Origin: Lytechinus pictus
Taxonomy: Eukaryota
Direction: 5' to 3'
Length of the DNA stretch: 64,000 bases
Assembly (NCBI RefSeq): GCF_037042905.1
Contig: NC_087246.1
Location: 8,062,001-8,126,000, forward strand
The notes beneath the pieces were generated by a model. The model had not been told where the DNA came from and made no database searches. It worked only from the letters and a program-made list of their open reading frames with translations. The first letter of the stretch is position 1. The number at the start of each line of letters is the position of its first letter. A program made the position numbers and the translations under genes. Shown in pieces: positions 51,301 to 60,511 of this stretch.

Positions 51301-53806
51301 TATTGTTCTCAAAAGTGTTTGTCTAATTCCTTAGTTGAGACTAGACCCAAATTATTCACAAACAAAGTTTTTTGTCTTTGCTATTTGATTGGTCAAAAGT
51401 TATTACCGTGACAAAGGTTGAACCAATCAGAAGCGCATACTATGCCACTGTCTTACTAATATCTCACAGGAAACAAGCTGTTGAGCTGGAAATAAACGTA
51501 ATGCACTCTGGAGGAAAAATATGATATAAAAAGAAAGAAGATAACCCAACAATTAAAAACAGGGGCGTCGATCCATGTTTCGGAGGGGGAGAGGGTGGGG
51601 GGGGGGGGGGGGAATGTGTGAAATACTGAATGAAAATTGAGAATTTCGTGGTGAAAGTGAATCACAGAATGTCGCCTAACGATACTGGTGTCCTGCAACA
51701 CGCGTCATGAATCTCCGAGCCAAACAAGTATCTCGTGGTTATTATTTATACCAAGAACCATGCAGCGTTGGGGCTGCTCCTTATATTTTTCAAGTAATGA
51801 AGAAGTAACAGACATAGAGAGAAAAGATAGAGAACGTGCAGATTCTTATGATTTTTTAGCTTGCTTGCTCGCTTAAAGTGGAAGAAGGTAAAATTATGAT
51901 TATGACTAAACAACCATTAACAAAAGAAATAGCTAAGAGAAGGGGAAGGAATAGGAGAGAGGAGAAGAAAAAGAGCTTGAGAGGCGAGCAATTAGAAAAA
52001 GAACGGGCATAAATGAATTAACTCGCATGATACAGGATAACTTGTATAATAATAAGTACAGCATCCATTTATGATAAAAAGTAGCAACAACAAATAAAAC
52101 ACTTCAAATTATAATAACTTTCTTATTCTTTGATGTATTTTTATCAAACCTTCACCACTATTTCTTATTATTTTGGGGGTATTTATATAACAAACTTTTC
52201 TTCAGGGTGAAATTCCCCTTTAATTTTATTCCATTTATTCAAACATTATTATGTTCTGCAAAGAGTACCAAAACTAAAATTCATAAGGCAAGTCCATCTC
52301 AGAAAAAAATTGATTTGAAACGAATAGAACAAAAAAATCAAATAGCATGACATGATAACGCGACAACGTACGAGACAACCAGATGCTGGTGATTGTACGC
52401 CAACGGACAGATATACAGATACAGGAGTGTGACGTTATTAACTCTCCCATTTTGCATAATTATCACTGTGTTGTGCATAATGCTTTGTGAAAAAAGCGAA
52501 ACTTTAAAATGCAATAACTTTTTTATTTTACCTCCGATTTCGATGGAATTTCCAGAAAAACTAAAGCAAAAACTATTTTTTGGGGTGATAGGTCCCTTTT
52601 AAACTCTGACCGACGTCGCTGGGATTCTCTTTCAGCTTTCCTTCCCCAATATCACATTGTTCAGATCCAATTTAAAGACTTATCTCATGAAAAAATATAT
52701 TCAACAAGGCTCCATTTACAGTGACCTTGATAGTTTCAATTTTTTGTCATATAATTTCTAATTCACTTTTGTTTGTATATTTCGAATTTTCTAAGGGCTT
52801 TGATATGGATCTCATGAAAAGCGATATCCAAGTTATTATTCTCCTTATTCTTCTTCACTGTGCTTGTATAATTTTTCTCTTTTTATTCAAATCTTTTTTT
52901 TTTTTTTTGGGGGGGGGATGGACTTGCCCTTTAAAGAAAGGTTTTGAAACTAAAAGTCATGACAGAAAAAATTACCTCCTTTGTATCATAGGCTTCCAGC
53001 GAACTCTGTTCTTCGAATTCGACCACCGACTCATCAACCACAAGATCGATGTGACCACTACTATCGACTTCATCTAAACTCTCTGACTCATGTGGTGTTT
53101 GTGACTTTCCAAACAATGACTTCCAACTCAAAGGTTTCAGACTTCCTAAGTGATGATGATATTGATGATAGTGATGGTGTTCGCTTCGAACTTTTTGTAT
53201 TACTGACGCCTTTGGGGCAACTGACATACTGTGAGAGCGTCCTCCGTTTCCGCTGCGCCGGCTATTTTTATCATTGCCCTCATCTTTTGAATGTTTACGA
53301 TGTTGGGACGGGGAGGACATCGGCGATGTGTCCAAGGGCAGTGGAGGATCTGATTTTGAACGTATAAGCTGATTTTCGGTACGGGATGGTTTAGGTGTAG
53401 ATGTCGTCGACGGTGACGACATCGTTCGAAAATATCCCGGCTCACCTATATCTTTGCCGATGTCGCCAACTGAGAAGGACTTGTGATCACGGGTTTGAGT
53501 TGAGAGAATTGGACTCATGTTACCTTCTGATGTCGTCGACGACGATGATGCGCTACTCGCCTTTCGTTGCAGTAAGATATCGTTGAAATATTCATGGTTA
53601 CCGTAGCCTTGTTTAATCGTCACCTTATTCTTCATACTGAAGTCTTTTTCATAATGCTGGTCGTGGTGGAGTTCAATCTCGAAACTCAGATGTTCTTCGT
53701 CTTCCTCTTCGAGACTTGTCCCTAGGAGAGAGCCGTTCCGATCACGAAGACTCGATATAAGGCTTCGACGAGGCGGCGCCGTCACTCTTGTTACATGTCG
53801 ATCCAT
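2540..53806 (-). CDS. BAIAP3: Munc13-4/BAIAP3-family C2-MUN-C2 protein (BAI1-associated protein 3-like / unc-13 homolog D-like); 27 coding exons, ~1649 aa
   Basis: Manual exon chain, all GT-AG and phase-compatible, total 4950 nt. C2A motifs (RVTVVEAKDIKGMDPNGMSDPYC; TLHPVWNETF; MWDLDEE; DDFLG), MHD1 (ALELDKD...KYSNSAVD), LCITLNNIEHVR, MHD2 (LLDYIDENLGTLY...LQSLEAYF-type), C2B (FSDPKIIVEI...LNPVYNQVF...DSFIGEAFIPL). BAIAP3 versus UNC13D orthology is not resolved. The link of exon 1 across the 18.5-kb intron is inferred from phase. Confidence 0.88.
3467..3680 (-). CDS. BAIAP3: BAIAP3-like exon 26 (VTVVDHNSVVCDSFIGEAFIPL)
   Basis: tacag| ... GAG|gtgag, 214 nt. Confidence 0.9.
4640..4755 (+). 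mobile_element. Degenerate tRNA-derived (Deu/Nin-domain-like) SINE fragment
   Basis: B-box-like ggattgaatcc followed by cactcgacccaggtga...ggataccc, matching the core of the SINE at 19744-20000. Confidence 0.5.
5103..5226 (-). CDS. BAIAP3: BAIAP3-like exon 25 (FSDPKIIVEI...LNPVYNQVFQ)
   Basis: taaag| ... TT|gtaagt, 124 nt. Confidence 0.88.
5815..5853 (-). CDS. BAIAP3: BAIAP3-like exon 24 (C2B, VCNAVDLPGVKRNG)
   Basis: ttcag| ... G|gtaag, 39 nt, phase 1/1. Confidence 0.85.
6244..6496 (-). CDS. BAIAP3: BAIAP3-like exon 23 (SLDSLEAYF...LGHVSIKMAY...LSVK)
   Basis: tgcag| ... G|gtggg, 253 nt. Confidence 0.9.
7103..7276 (-). CDS. BAIAP3: BAIAP3-like exon 22 (MHD2, CMEELLDYIDENL...YKRLQQ)
   Basis: gacag| ... 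CAG|gtaaa, 174 nt. Confidence 0.92.
7976..8263 (-). CDS. BAIAP3: BAIAP3-like exon 21 (LCITLNNIEHVRGYL...)
   Basis: accag| ... GAG|gtaca, 288 nt; MUN-domain LCxxLNNIE motif. Confidence 0.92.
8910..9017 (-). CDS. BAIAP3: BAIAP3-like exon 20 (LICEGAKLYA...FDIKDK)
   Basis: tccag| ... AAG|gtaat, 108 nt. Confidence 0.85.
9590..9664 (-). CDS. BAIAP3: BAIAP3-like exon 19 (VTQEWQSIGY...KLTD)
   Basis: tttag| ... GAT|gtaag, 75 nt. Confidence 0.85.
10385..10574 (-). CDS. BAIAP3: BAIAP3-like exon 18 (MHD1, WFQVPLTYWL...YSNSAVDVQACFAK)
   Basis: aacag| ... AAG|gtgag, 190 nt; MHD1 signature. Confidence 0.92.
11224..11436 (-). CDS. BAIAP3: BAIAP3-like exon 17 (FHVDFF...LALYMAVKNL; MHD1 start)
   Basis: ttcag| ... 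AA|gtgag, 213 nt. Confidence 0.88.
11789..11892 (-). CDS. BAIAP3: BAIAP3-like exon 16 (KPGELVDLL...YKNFFS)
   Basis: cttag| ... AG|gtaaa, 104 nt. Confidence 0.85.
11968..12734. mobile_element. piggyBac-type non-autonomous element (MITE)
   Basis: TIR ccctatctaggccgggg / ccccggcctagataggg, TTAA on both sides, subterminal GC palindromes (gggggcctcc..ggccccc). Confidence 0.88.
13182..13344 (-). CDS. BAIAP3: BAIAP3-like exon 15 (LQLLQNLLSM...SQGSL)
   Basis: tgtag| ... CTA|gtaagt, 163 nt. Confidence 0.85.
14027..14151 (-). CDS. BAIAP3: BAIAP3-like exon 14 (TAIVENSISSY...FFPPTN)
   Basis: aatag| ... AA|gtaag, 125 nt. Confidence 0.82.
15269..15301. repeat. (TA)n microsatellite
   Basis: Direct reading. 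Confidence 0.9.
15949..16463. mobile_element. Non-autonomous element with ~160-bp foldback, subterminal IR and terminal hairpin (Helentron/HINE-like)
   Basis: Hairpin 15949-16110; ttgtacaacgcct (~16113) inverted against aggcgttgtacaa (~16449); CpG-rich compared with flanks; ends in an A-run. Confidence 0.65.
16497..16983 (-). CDS. BAIAP3: BAIAP3-like exon 13 (YLSALLDFQ...PEWLRFE)
   Basis: tgcag| ... GAA|gtaagt, 487 nt. Confidence 0.88.
17378..17493 (-). CDS. BAIAP3: BAIAP3-like exon 12 (WDGRLSRLSHHVLNQFAVQNGIS)
   Basis: tgcag| ... AT|gtaag, 116 nt; WxGxLS family motif. Confidence 0.85.
18040..18135 (-). CDS. BAIAP3: BAIAP3-like exon 11 (SENHPERDERALSYYHQL...)
   Basis: aacag| ... AAG|gttag, 96 nt. 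Confidence 0.8.
18553..19136. mobile_element. Kolobok-like MITE
   Basis: ttaa|aggagaat ... attctcct|ttaa; internal inverted copy of attggcaatgcgaccaagatct...gatgtcaca. Confidence 0.8.
19498..19693 (-). CDS. BAIAP3: BAIAP3-like exon 10 (DDFLGQITIPL...WYRL...GKLHLKM)
   Basis: catag| ... AAG|gtaag, 196 nt; end of C2A. Confidence 0.9.
19744..20000 (-). mobile_element. tRNA-derived SINE with Deu/Nin-like core
   Basis: Minus strand starts GTGGAGCGTTGTGGCCCAGTGG (A box)...GGTTCGAATCCC (B box), then core ACTCAACCCAGGTGAGGTAAATGGGTACC and an AT-rich tail. Confidence 0.85.
20665..20784 (-). CDS. BAIAP3: BAIAP3-like exon 9 (ELDRLDGELIITMWDLDEE...)
   Basis: tttag| ... AA|gtgag, 120 nt; WDxD motif. Confidence 0.9.
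21933..22131 (-). CDS. BAIAP3: BAIAP3-like exon 8 (...RTSCKSATLHPVWNETFD)
   Basis: atcag| ... AT|gtaagt, 199 nt; C2 TLxPxWNE motif. Confidence 0.9.
22595..22899. mobile_element. PIF/Harbinger-like MITE
   Basis: ~55-bp TIR ggcctgtattctcaagtcgggtttaac.../...gttaaacccgacttcagaatacgggcc; 3-bp ATA duplication. Confidence 0.8.
22934..23263 (-). CDS. BAIAP3: BAIAP3-like exon 7 (GMSDPYCIL plus insertion)
   Basis: atcag| ... G|gtaag, 330 nt, phase 1/1; SDPY motif. Confidence 0.9.
26572..26638 (-). CDS. BAIAP3: BAIAP3-like exon 6 (C2A start, PDHFFLRVTVVEAKDIKGMDPN)
   Basis: ttcag| ... G|gtgag, 67 nt; C2 beta-1 motif. Confidence 0.9.
26682..27644. mobile_element. Helentron-like (HINE/DINE-1/Tsp-type) element with ~163-bp internal tandem repeats, copy 1
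   Basis: Subterminal IR gtctcacctgcat / atgcaggtgagac, terminal hairpin, (gcc)n microsatellite, ~4 units of tgacctttgacc...gaaactc. Confidence 0.8.
27952..28011 (-). CDS. BAIAP3: BAIAP3-like exon 5 (IFHVPNASHSTLVKEEVNKR)
   Basis: tctag| ... CGA|gtgagt, 60 nt. Confidence 0.8.
29464..29574 (-). CDS. BAIAP3: BAIAP3-like exon 4 (MEFKEFYSAILQTLLHPLG...LVGHLQR)
   Basis: tttag| ... AGG|gtaag, 111 nt; resembles the pre-C2A helix of Munc13-4/BAIAP3. Confidence 0.85.
30869..32207. mobile_element. Helentron-like tandem-repeat element, copy 2
   Basis: Same ends as copy 1 (aacaagtggaa...gagacaaaaa), ~7 internal units. Confidence 0.8.
32440..32610 (+). mobile_element. Putative 7SL(Alu-domain)-headed SINE
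   Basis: ACCGGGCGTTGTGGCGTGCGCCTGTAATCCAAGCTA resembles the 7SL/Alu 5' end; B box GGTTCGAGCCC; Meta-like tttcggatggtgacgttaaa; (ac)n tail. Confidence 0.7.
33866..33907 (-). CDS. BAIAP3: BAIAP3-like exon 3 (GEVETVLPVMPDEE)
   Basis: ttcag| ... GAG|gtgag, 42 nt. Confidence 0.75.
34374..34457 (-). CDS. BAIAP3: BAIAP3-like exon 2 (VRHTLKRASNAMVRPPSIHLIDVKITPE)
   Basis: ctgtag| ... GAG|gtaag, 84 nt, phase 0/0. Confidence 0.75.
34535..34868 (+). mobile_element. tRNA-derived SINE with Meta-domain-like core (SURF1-like)
   Basis: B-box-like ggtcgtgggtttgagtcc; core ctcggataggacgttaaatggagg...gcacgttaagaaccc; (aat)n tail. Confidence 0.7.
35203..35235 (-). CDS. BAIAP3: Candidate alternative first coding exon (MSPLASGLKKF)
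   Basis: ATG with in-frame TAG 3 codons upstream; TTT|gtgagt donor, phase 0, joins VRHTLKRAS exon in frame. Confidence 0.5.
38652..40386. repeat. Dispersed 15-16-bp direct repeat (c)ggtaactgacattac, 8 copies; probable DNA-transposon remnant
   Basis: Copies at ~38652, 38831, 39027, 39215, 40155, 40174 (variant), 40204, 40371. Confidence 0.7.
40926..41106. mobile_element. Harbinger-like hairpin MITE
   Basis: ~65-bp TIR gtgggtgtttcataaagctgttcgtaa...; CAG 3-bp TSD on both sides. Confidence 0.85.
42440..42763. mobile_element. hAT-type MITE inserted in an old SINE
   Basis: cagtag...ctactg termini with perfect 8-bp TSD atatgtag (42432-42439 and 42764-42771). Confidence 0.85.
43800..44050 (+). 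mobile_element. Meta-domain-like (SURF1-like) SINE, 5' degenerate
   Basis: ggaaaacactccgtccatcggaaaggacg...gcacgttaaaacc...aagagtagggtgttcacccgg, homologous to 34535-34868. Confidence 0.65.
44483..45055. mobile_element. Kolobok-like MITE (degenerate)
   Basis: aaggtcaagttcaccc ... ggggaattgtccttt ends; internal IR atatgcaaatgag / ctcatttgcatac. Confidence 0.6.
45112..46149. mobile_element. Harbinger-like non-autonomous element
   Basis: Perfect IR ccaggggcccgtttctcaacac / gtgttgagaaacgggcccctgg. Confidence 0.82.
48181..48403. mobile_element. Tc1/mariner-type MITE
   Basis: TA|cagtggtgctcaaaagttagtgaacccca ... tggggttcactaaattttgagcacaactg|TA. Confidence 0.85.
48748..48817 (-). mobile_element. 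Isolated tRNA-like head of the SINE at 19744-20000
   Basis: Near-identical 70 bp to 19931-20000. Confidence 0.8.
50082..50674. mobile_element. MITE with CCC(G)n terminal inverted repeats
   Basis: ccccggggg...cacttacattgacgagtggataccatgcgcgacc inverted against ggtcgcgcatggtatccactagtaaatggaagtgccccc..gggg. Confidence 0.82.
52976..53806 (-). CDS. BAIAP3: BAIAP3-like exon 1 (long Ser/His-rich N-terminus, MDRHVTRV...AYDTKE)
   Basis: 277-codon ORF from ATG ending at GAG|gtaat donor; phase 0 fits the next exon. Confidence 0.7.
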
Positions 53807-55343
53807 TTACATTGAGAATCAATTACACTGCATGTACCCCTCAAAGTTTGGTTCAGAATGCCTATAAACAAAATTAAAACACACGTACTCTGTATCCACA
53901 TCCTTTGTATTCGTGAGAAGAATGTGAATCGAGCTAAAAGGCTTAGCCAACATGAAAGAGATATATCATGTGTAGTATTTGCAACAACAAAAAACATAAA
54001 CGCAATAGATTCATAGGCCAAAGAGCTTTGAAGAAAAGTAGTAATCACGGCTCTTAGTGAAGTGTTTGATACTCCTCGATGTAATTTAATTGTCATATAC
54101 CATGTGTACTGCTTCGATCTTGAAATTGGCAATGAGTTTATGTCGACGAACTCCAATAAACATGAAATTAATCAATAAATCTATAAATAAGTCTAGGCCC
54201 AAGTCCTTTGGATAAACTGAAACCTTTCTCGATACGGAATCGTCCATAATGTAAAACTCTGTCCCTTCTCGTTTGCCTAAATGGTAATGTAATACAGTAA
54301 TGCAATATAAACTTGAACTCATTGTGTGACGATGATATACGATTCCCTCGGCCAACAAGGCTGTATTTTCATGCCTGATTACACCATCACTATGCGACTA
54401 TGTATTTTCTCTTGCACTCTAAAAAAATATTCTTTTGTGAGTTTAGGGTGCCAAGGTTGTGTACATAGATCAAAGTTTAGATCAGTGGTGCATGCGCCAA
54501 CTTGTATTACTACCCTTATGAAAATGAAAATGAAATTCCATATACAATTTGCATCATAACTAGAAGGTCAGCCATACGTGGTGGCACACATATTCATCTA
54601 TACTTAAAAAAAACCTAATAATCATATTGGGAATATGCAAAATGAAGGATTATCTTAAAAAAAAACAAATTACATTTAGGTGTAAATATAGTGTCACTAG
54701 GAGACGTTCGTTATGCTGAAGGTTCAAATAGTCCGAAGGTTCACTATTCAGAAACACTTAGGGAGTGTTAATATTCTGTTGTAATTTGACAAATGATATG
54801 CATGTAACCAATTTTAGCTGTAGCAAATTACGCCCCCCCCCCCTTGTTTCAAGAAGCAGATTAGCAATCAATCGCAAATTTTTAATCAGTTCCAAGACAT
54901 ATCAATCATTTAGGGACCGAAATGATCGCGAATTCTTGCAACATCCCTTTAAACTTCAACATTAATTTTGTGGAATGTTGACATACTTCATAAGTCATCT
55001 TGGCAAGATAACGAATCTTGCAATGTCATGTTGACATAAGGTAACTGGTTATAAGTTGACTTGGCGAGATAAACTGATAAATGAATCTCGCCAACTTTTT
55101 GTACACTTGTCGAAATCCATTTACTATGGAAGCCTAGATGTTCAGACAATCATATCGATTTGTCTACATCCTGTAGAAAAGATGATGAGATGACAAGATC
55201 TTTGATCTCGTCATGTCGCTATACCGCATGGGAGACTGATCTAGTAAGAGATTGTGAGATGCCATGATCTTAGATCTCGTCATTATGTCTATCATGTGTG
55301 AGAGATGATGAGATAACAAGATCTCCTATGGGGGGGGGGGGGG

Positions 55344-56701
55344 CAGGGGCGGATCCCGCTTTCGCCTATAGGGGCGGAAAATATTTTCATACAATTTTCC
55401 CGATCGGCCATTAAAAGCTTTTTTTTGAGGGGGTAGTCCTACTAAAAGACTAACGGGTTTATTAACATCTTATATTTATTCTTACAAACAAGCCAAGGAA
55501 GATCTATTTCATAAGGCCAAATAAAACAAAGAGAGCGCGAAAGGCCAGATAAATTCGGGGCCGGGGGTATTTTATGAGCGTTTTTTGAAAGCCGTGAATA
55601 GAAAAGGTATTAATTAAATAATTGATTCGAGCGCGAAGCGCGAGCTGAATGATATTCCGACTTTGAAAACTGGACATTTTAAGCACTTTTTGTAACCATG
55701 AACAATTAGATGGGCATCTAACTAAACCGTTAGGTGCACGAGCTGAACATTTTGATATTTAGAATAAAAATTTGGTCATTCAAACTTAAAGCACTGTTGT
55801 AATCATGAACGAACAGCTTTTTTTATTCAAAGCGGGAGCTCAAAATACTAATTTGATATACTGACCTAAAAAGGGGATTTCCAAGGACTGTTTGATGGAA
55901 TTCATTAAGAGAAGAGGGATAGGCCTATATACGTATCTATTCCACTAATGATATACATACATACGTATATACGTACGTACATACATACATACATACGTGC
56001 ATGCATGCAACATACAATCATTTACATAAGGGCATATTAAAACAGGGCACTTAATTAGGGGATAAAAGGTATGGATTTTATTATCAAAAGAAAAAGAAGT
56101 AGCGAAAGGGGCAAATCATAATCTATTCTGAAAGGGATTGTGCGATTAAATGTTGCACTTGCAGAAGGAAGCAATGACGCTAAATAAAGAAACCGGGCGC
56201 CCATTTGGCACGAAAAGAGTTTTTTTTTAAGGACAACTTTTCTGAACATGCAGGCACACATGAGAAGGTAAAATGGGCAGTCGTTAACACATAAAACTGT
56301 CTTTCTCAGGTGAAAGGGGCACAGAACACGTTCGTAGGGGGGGGGGCACTTTTGGGTAGAATGGAGCACTGATTCGAGAAAGAGCATTTACAAGAAGGCA
56401 AAGGGACACTTGCTAATGGCATAAAACGGGTCCTTCTCAGGTGAAAGGGCAGAGAACATGTTCGTGATAAGGGGGCATTATATTTTGGTAAAATTTGCTC
56501 TGATACGAGAAATGGAACTTGCTAACACATAAAATGGGTCCTTCTCAGGTGAAAGGGGCACATTTTATTACACGTTCGTGGGGGAGGCCGGGGTATTTTT
56601 CTTGTGTAAAAATAGGGGCACTTTTTCAATGCTTCAAAATATGGGGGAGGGGGGGGGGGCGGGGGACACTGTGCCCCCGGCTCCCAGGATCGCCGCCCCT
56701 G
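55344..56701. mobile_element. hAT-like non-autonomous element(s), possibly composite
   Basis: caggggcggatcc ... ggatcgccgcccctg ends; three repeats of ttctcaggtgaaagggg at 56300-56580; (tacr)n tract ~55950-56010. Confidence 0.5.
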
Positions 56702-57109
56702 CTCTCGCCATTTAAAGCACTGAAAACTCGAATTCTATTCTGAGCGGAAGAATTTGTGCATATAGATCTATATTGACTTCAAAACGGGAAATTGCCCCAC
56801 GGTGAGATTATCAACCGGAAAGGCGAGCTATAGAGCAACATTTTTATCTTTAGAATTAGACCCTTATATAATGAACTGAAAGTTTGCATTTTTTCAATTT
56901 CGTTAAACCATCCCTTATTTCGTTCACTTTTTTCGCTATCCCTCCTCTATGTTTTTCTCCTCCTCCCTCCCTCCTTTCTCTCTCTCTCTCTCTCTCTTTT
57001 TTTTTGGTTTTCTTTATATTTTTTGCGCTTACCGTATACCGTACCGGAGTATGGTACACGCGCGCAGTGCAGCTATTTTACTGACCGTACTCTAAAAAAT
57101 ATCACTAAA

Positions 57110-57254
57110 ATGGTCTTACAGGAGAGTGTCGATTGTCTTTCGAGCTTCTTTGAGCTTGTTGCCAAGCACAAAGATCAAAAGATAGTTTATGCTCTATTCT
57201 GCGGAGGATCGGATAGTGCCACAGGAGAAAGCTGGTGCCCTGATTGTGTGTCTG
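57110..57254 (+). CDS. TXNDC17: Thioredoxin domain-containing protein 17 (TRP14) exon 1
   Basis: MVLQESVDC...ALFCGGSDSATGESWCPDCVS; WCPDC active site; G|gtaac donor. Confidence 0.93.
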
Positions 57255-57328
57255 GTAACGTCCGATTGCATTTTCTCCTTCAGTCCCGTGTGATGGTACC
57301 GTATGTTTGGTGTCAGTGTTTCTACATA

Positions 57329-58426
57329 CACTCGGCAAAAAAAGTTCTTGGACACTTAGTTAGAAAACTTAAAATATTTCATACAGATATTTGAGTAAAT
57401 TTAAAGGCAAATTATTGTATGTCAACATGACCAGACAATATTCCTCTTCCAGTATGACATGACATTTTCATGTTAACAGTCATGCATGGGTGGTTAAATC
57501 ATCATCATAATTTGTTTTAAACTAACATAACAGTAACAATGGCAATGTCAGTAAAAGAAAATTGCAAGAAATGGATCAGTCAGTGCATGGCTGGTTACAG
57601 GCATTAAACAATAGTCAATAGCATGTCAGTAAAAGAAAATTGCAATAAAACGATCAGTCATTCTGTCAGTTGTGAAAGTTTATGTAGCATAAATATCCAT
57701 AAATGATTAAAGCAAACTTAAACTTTAAAGTCAAATACCACTCTAAAAGAGAAGAGAAAGTTATCCACCTTGGATGCATCAATTCCACTGGAATTTTAAG
57801 TCAAAGTTAGTCGATGAAAAAAATGTCAAATTTCACTATCTTGGCATAAGCAAAAGAAAATTCAATATCTCGTTTGTTCACCCTGGCTCTGAATGAGTGC
57901 AGCACATCGACGTCGCATGCTTGTCACAAGTCAGCGAATTTGCTCTGGGGTGATTTTGTCCCATTCTTCCAGGACATAACGCTGGACATCTTGAAGAGTG
58001 TCTCCTGGTTGAATTCTTTGATTGACCGATTTTCCTAGCTGATCCCACAAGTGTTCAATCGGATTCATGTCTGGTGAACAAGCGGGCCATGGATCCAAGC
58101 GCTGAACATTGTGGTCATCCAGAAATCTTTGGACAATGTTCGCTCGATGGGGACAACCCCCTGTTGAAATTGTTGAATGTATGCCTACAGGATGGCCATG
58201 ATCATTAGCTTTTGAATGGTCCATTTCTTGCAATTTTCTTTTACTGACATTTGTATTGTTTAAAGCATTTAACCGCCCATGCATGACTGTTAACATGAAA
58301 ATGTCATGTCATACTGGAAGAGGAATATTGTCTGGTCATGTTGACATACAATAATTTGCCTTTAATAAAATATCTATATGAAATATTTTAAGTTTTCTAA
58401 GCGTCCAAGAACTTTTTTGCCGAGTG
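57329..58426 (-). mobile_element. Tc1-family internally deleted transposon with long TIRs
   Basis: TA|cactcggcaaaaaaagttcttggac ... gtccaagaacttttttgccgagtg|TA; TIRs of ~170 bp or more; encloses a transposase C-terminus. Confidence 0.92.
57862..58160 (-). pseudogene. Tc1 transposase C-terminal remnant
   Basis: PHRANIVQRFL...WPACSPDMNPIEHLW...EEWDKITPEQIR*LVTSMRRRCAALIQSQGEQTRY*; SPDxNPIE motif; premature TGA at 57931-57933. Confidence 0.9.
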
Positions 58427-59145
58427 TATATATAAAAAAAAAAAATCCCGAAACTGAGGCATGCCGAAACTGAATCCCAAATTTCCCGAAATTCATAGAC
58501 ATTTCTTGGAATTTTCAAGTTTGATTATTAACGAAAATCGGGCAATAATACAGCGACCCTAAGAAATTTGGTCCAAGCATATATCATAACCTTGACCTTG
58601 TTCATTCATGTCATTGAATGAGTGGTCCAAGTGGCAAGTGATCAAATCAGGGATTTTAATTAAACTAAATAAAGCCTAGTAAACATGGTAAAGGCAACAG
58701 CCAACACGTCATGTAAAAAAATTCATTGTATGATAAAGCGTATGCCTAATGTCTTTTTTACATGACGTTTTGCCCTTTTTACCCCCCAAAAAGTGACACA
58801 GTTCGTCACCATGGTCACTGACGCTGGTTTTTTACACTTGTTCACTGCAACCATCCTGCCTGTGGGGAATCTACAAGACTACAGGTAGGATTATGGTATG
58901 CCAATGTTGTACAGAGCACACTTTAAAAAATCATTAAAATATCACTTTTGTGACCAAAATTACTAATTTCCTTACAGTTGCAATTTATTTTTCATTAGTA
59001 ACTTGGGAATAATTTTTGTATTCACCAGAGCGCTCAAAAACTTGATTTTTTGGCATATTTTTGTGTACGCCCTCTATTGGTGGAAAGTAATATGGCAAGA
59101 AAATTTTAATTTTTTTATCTCTATTTTTAATTAAGAAAAAGTAAT

Positions 59146-59750
59146 TTAAAGAATCCAACCCAAATAAAAACTTGTTTTTATAAGAAAAAGAAAAATCAGA
59201 CAAGTTGATAGGTGAAAGTTTGAAAAATATTGGACAAACAACAAGAAAGTTATAAATTTTTAAAAGTTGTAAATATTGGTAATCACTATACCCATGGAGA
59301 CTTCAAATTGGCCGCATATGGGATGTCACAGTGATGTAAGGCAAGGACTACCGTACTCTTCCATGTACTCCAATACATATTATGGCTAAAATGTCATTTT
59401 CCCAAAAAGTTTTATTTCAAATTACATTTTTCTTTCATGAGGACATAAAACAATATACTACCTGGGTTATATTTAGATTACTGCCCCAGGGGAATGGGTA
59501 CTTAGGAGAAAACCACAAATCCCTGATAATAAAGTACATGGCCTATGGGAAAGTTGTCCTTGCCTCTTGTCATAATTTACTTACCCAGTTGCCAGTTTGA
59601 AATCTACATACTATTAATGATCTCAATTTTAAAGCAGCTATAACTTTCTTATTGCTTGTCCGCTTTCTTTCAAACTTTCACCATTCTGTTTAATTGATTT
59701 TTCTCCTTCCCAACACAACATTTTATGGCCAAGGCTGGATTCCCCTTTAA
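59146..59750. mobile_element. Kolobok-like MITE
   Basis: ttaaagaatccaacc ... ggctggattcccctttaa; internal layout like 18553-19136. Confidence 0.65.
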
Positions 59751-60342
59751 GAGCCAAGTTGTATGACGAATAGGTGTAATGGAAACAGTCAGTGTAGACA
59801 AAAATCAAGCATTTGTCCCAAAGAAAAAGAAAATAGGCCAAACATTGCCACCCTTATTTTGCCACACATGGAGATATAACTGAGAACAAGGTTATATCAT
59901 AACCTTGTTCATTGAATGAGTGGTTTTTGAGAGCGAGTATTTATCACCCGATGGTTTGGGTATAGCCTTGAGGACTCCATGATGATATTTTTTAATATTT
60001 TTACATATACTTCTTCATCATGGAGCCTTGAAACTGTTTCCATACACGCATAAGCGAGACCTCCACACCCGGATGGATTTCCCTAGGAAATCCATATTTA
60101 CAGGGTGAAATCGGTTTATAATGTGAAGTTTATTGATAGTTCTACCTGAATTTTATTGATGTTTGAACCTTCAAACGCCTAATGTGTATGGAGGGATAAA
60201 AAATGAATGGCAAAAATCAGAGGTTTCTTTAATACTAGACCGATCTCGTGTAGATCACTCTATCCGTTTGTCAACATAGCAAATACAATAGGTCTGACCC
60301 TTGAACCGCTTCGTTATGACGTACCTTCGATTAGCAATGTCA

Positions 60343-60511
60343 CAAAATGCTGTTTTGAAGAACAATTTATAGATAAAAATTATTATTTAATAAATACCCA
60401 AATTTAATACGTGATTATGAATAATTATAATAATTATTCATAATCACGTATTAAATTTATTTGTCAAATAATAATGTTTATCTATAAATTGTTCTTTAAA
60501 ACAGCATTTTG
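60343..60511. repeat. Long AT-rich palindrome with a perfect 29-bp inner stem
   Basis: 60400-60428 is the exact reverse complement of 60430-60458; outer arms caaaatgctgtttt..gaacaatttatagataaa also pair. Confidence 0.9.

Noticed and set aside
52721..53586. Overlapping ORFs on both strands near exon 1
   Set aside because: Shadow ORFs of the GC-richer 52976-53806 coding exon
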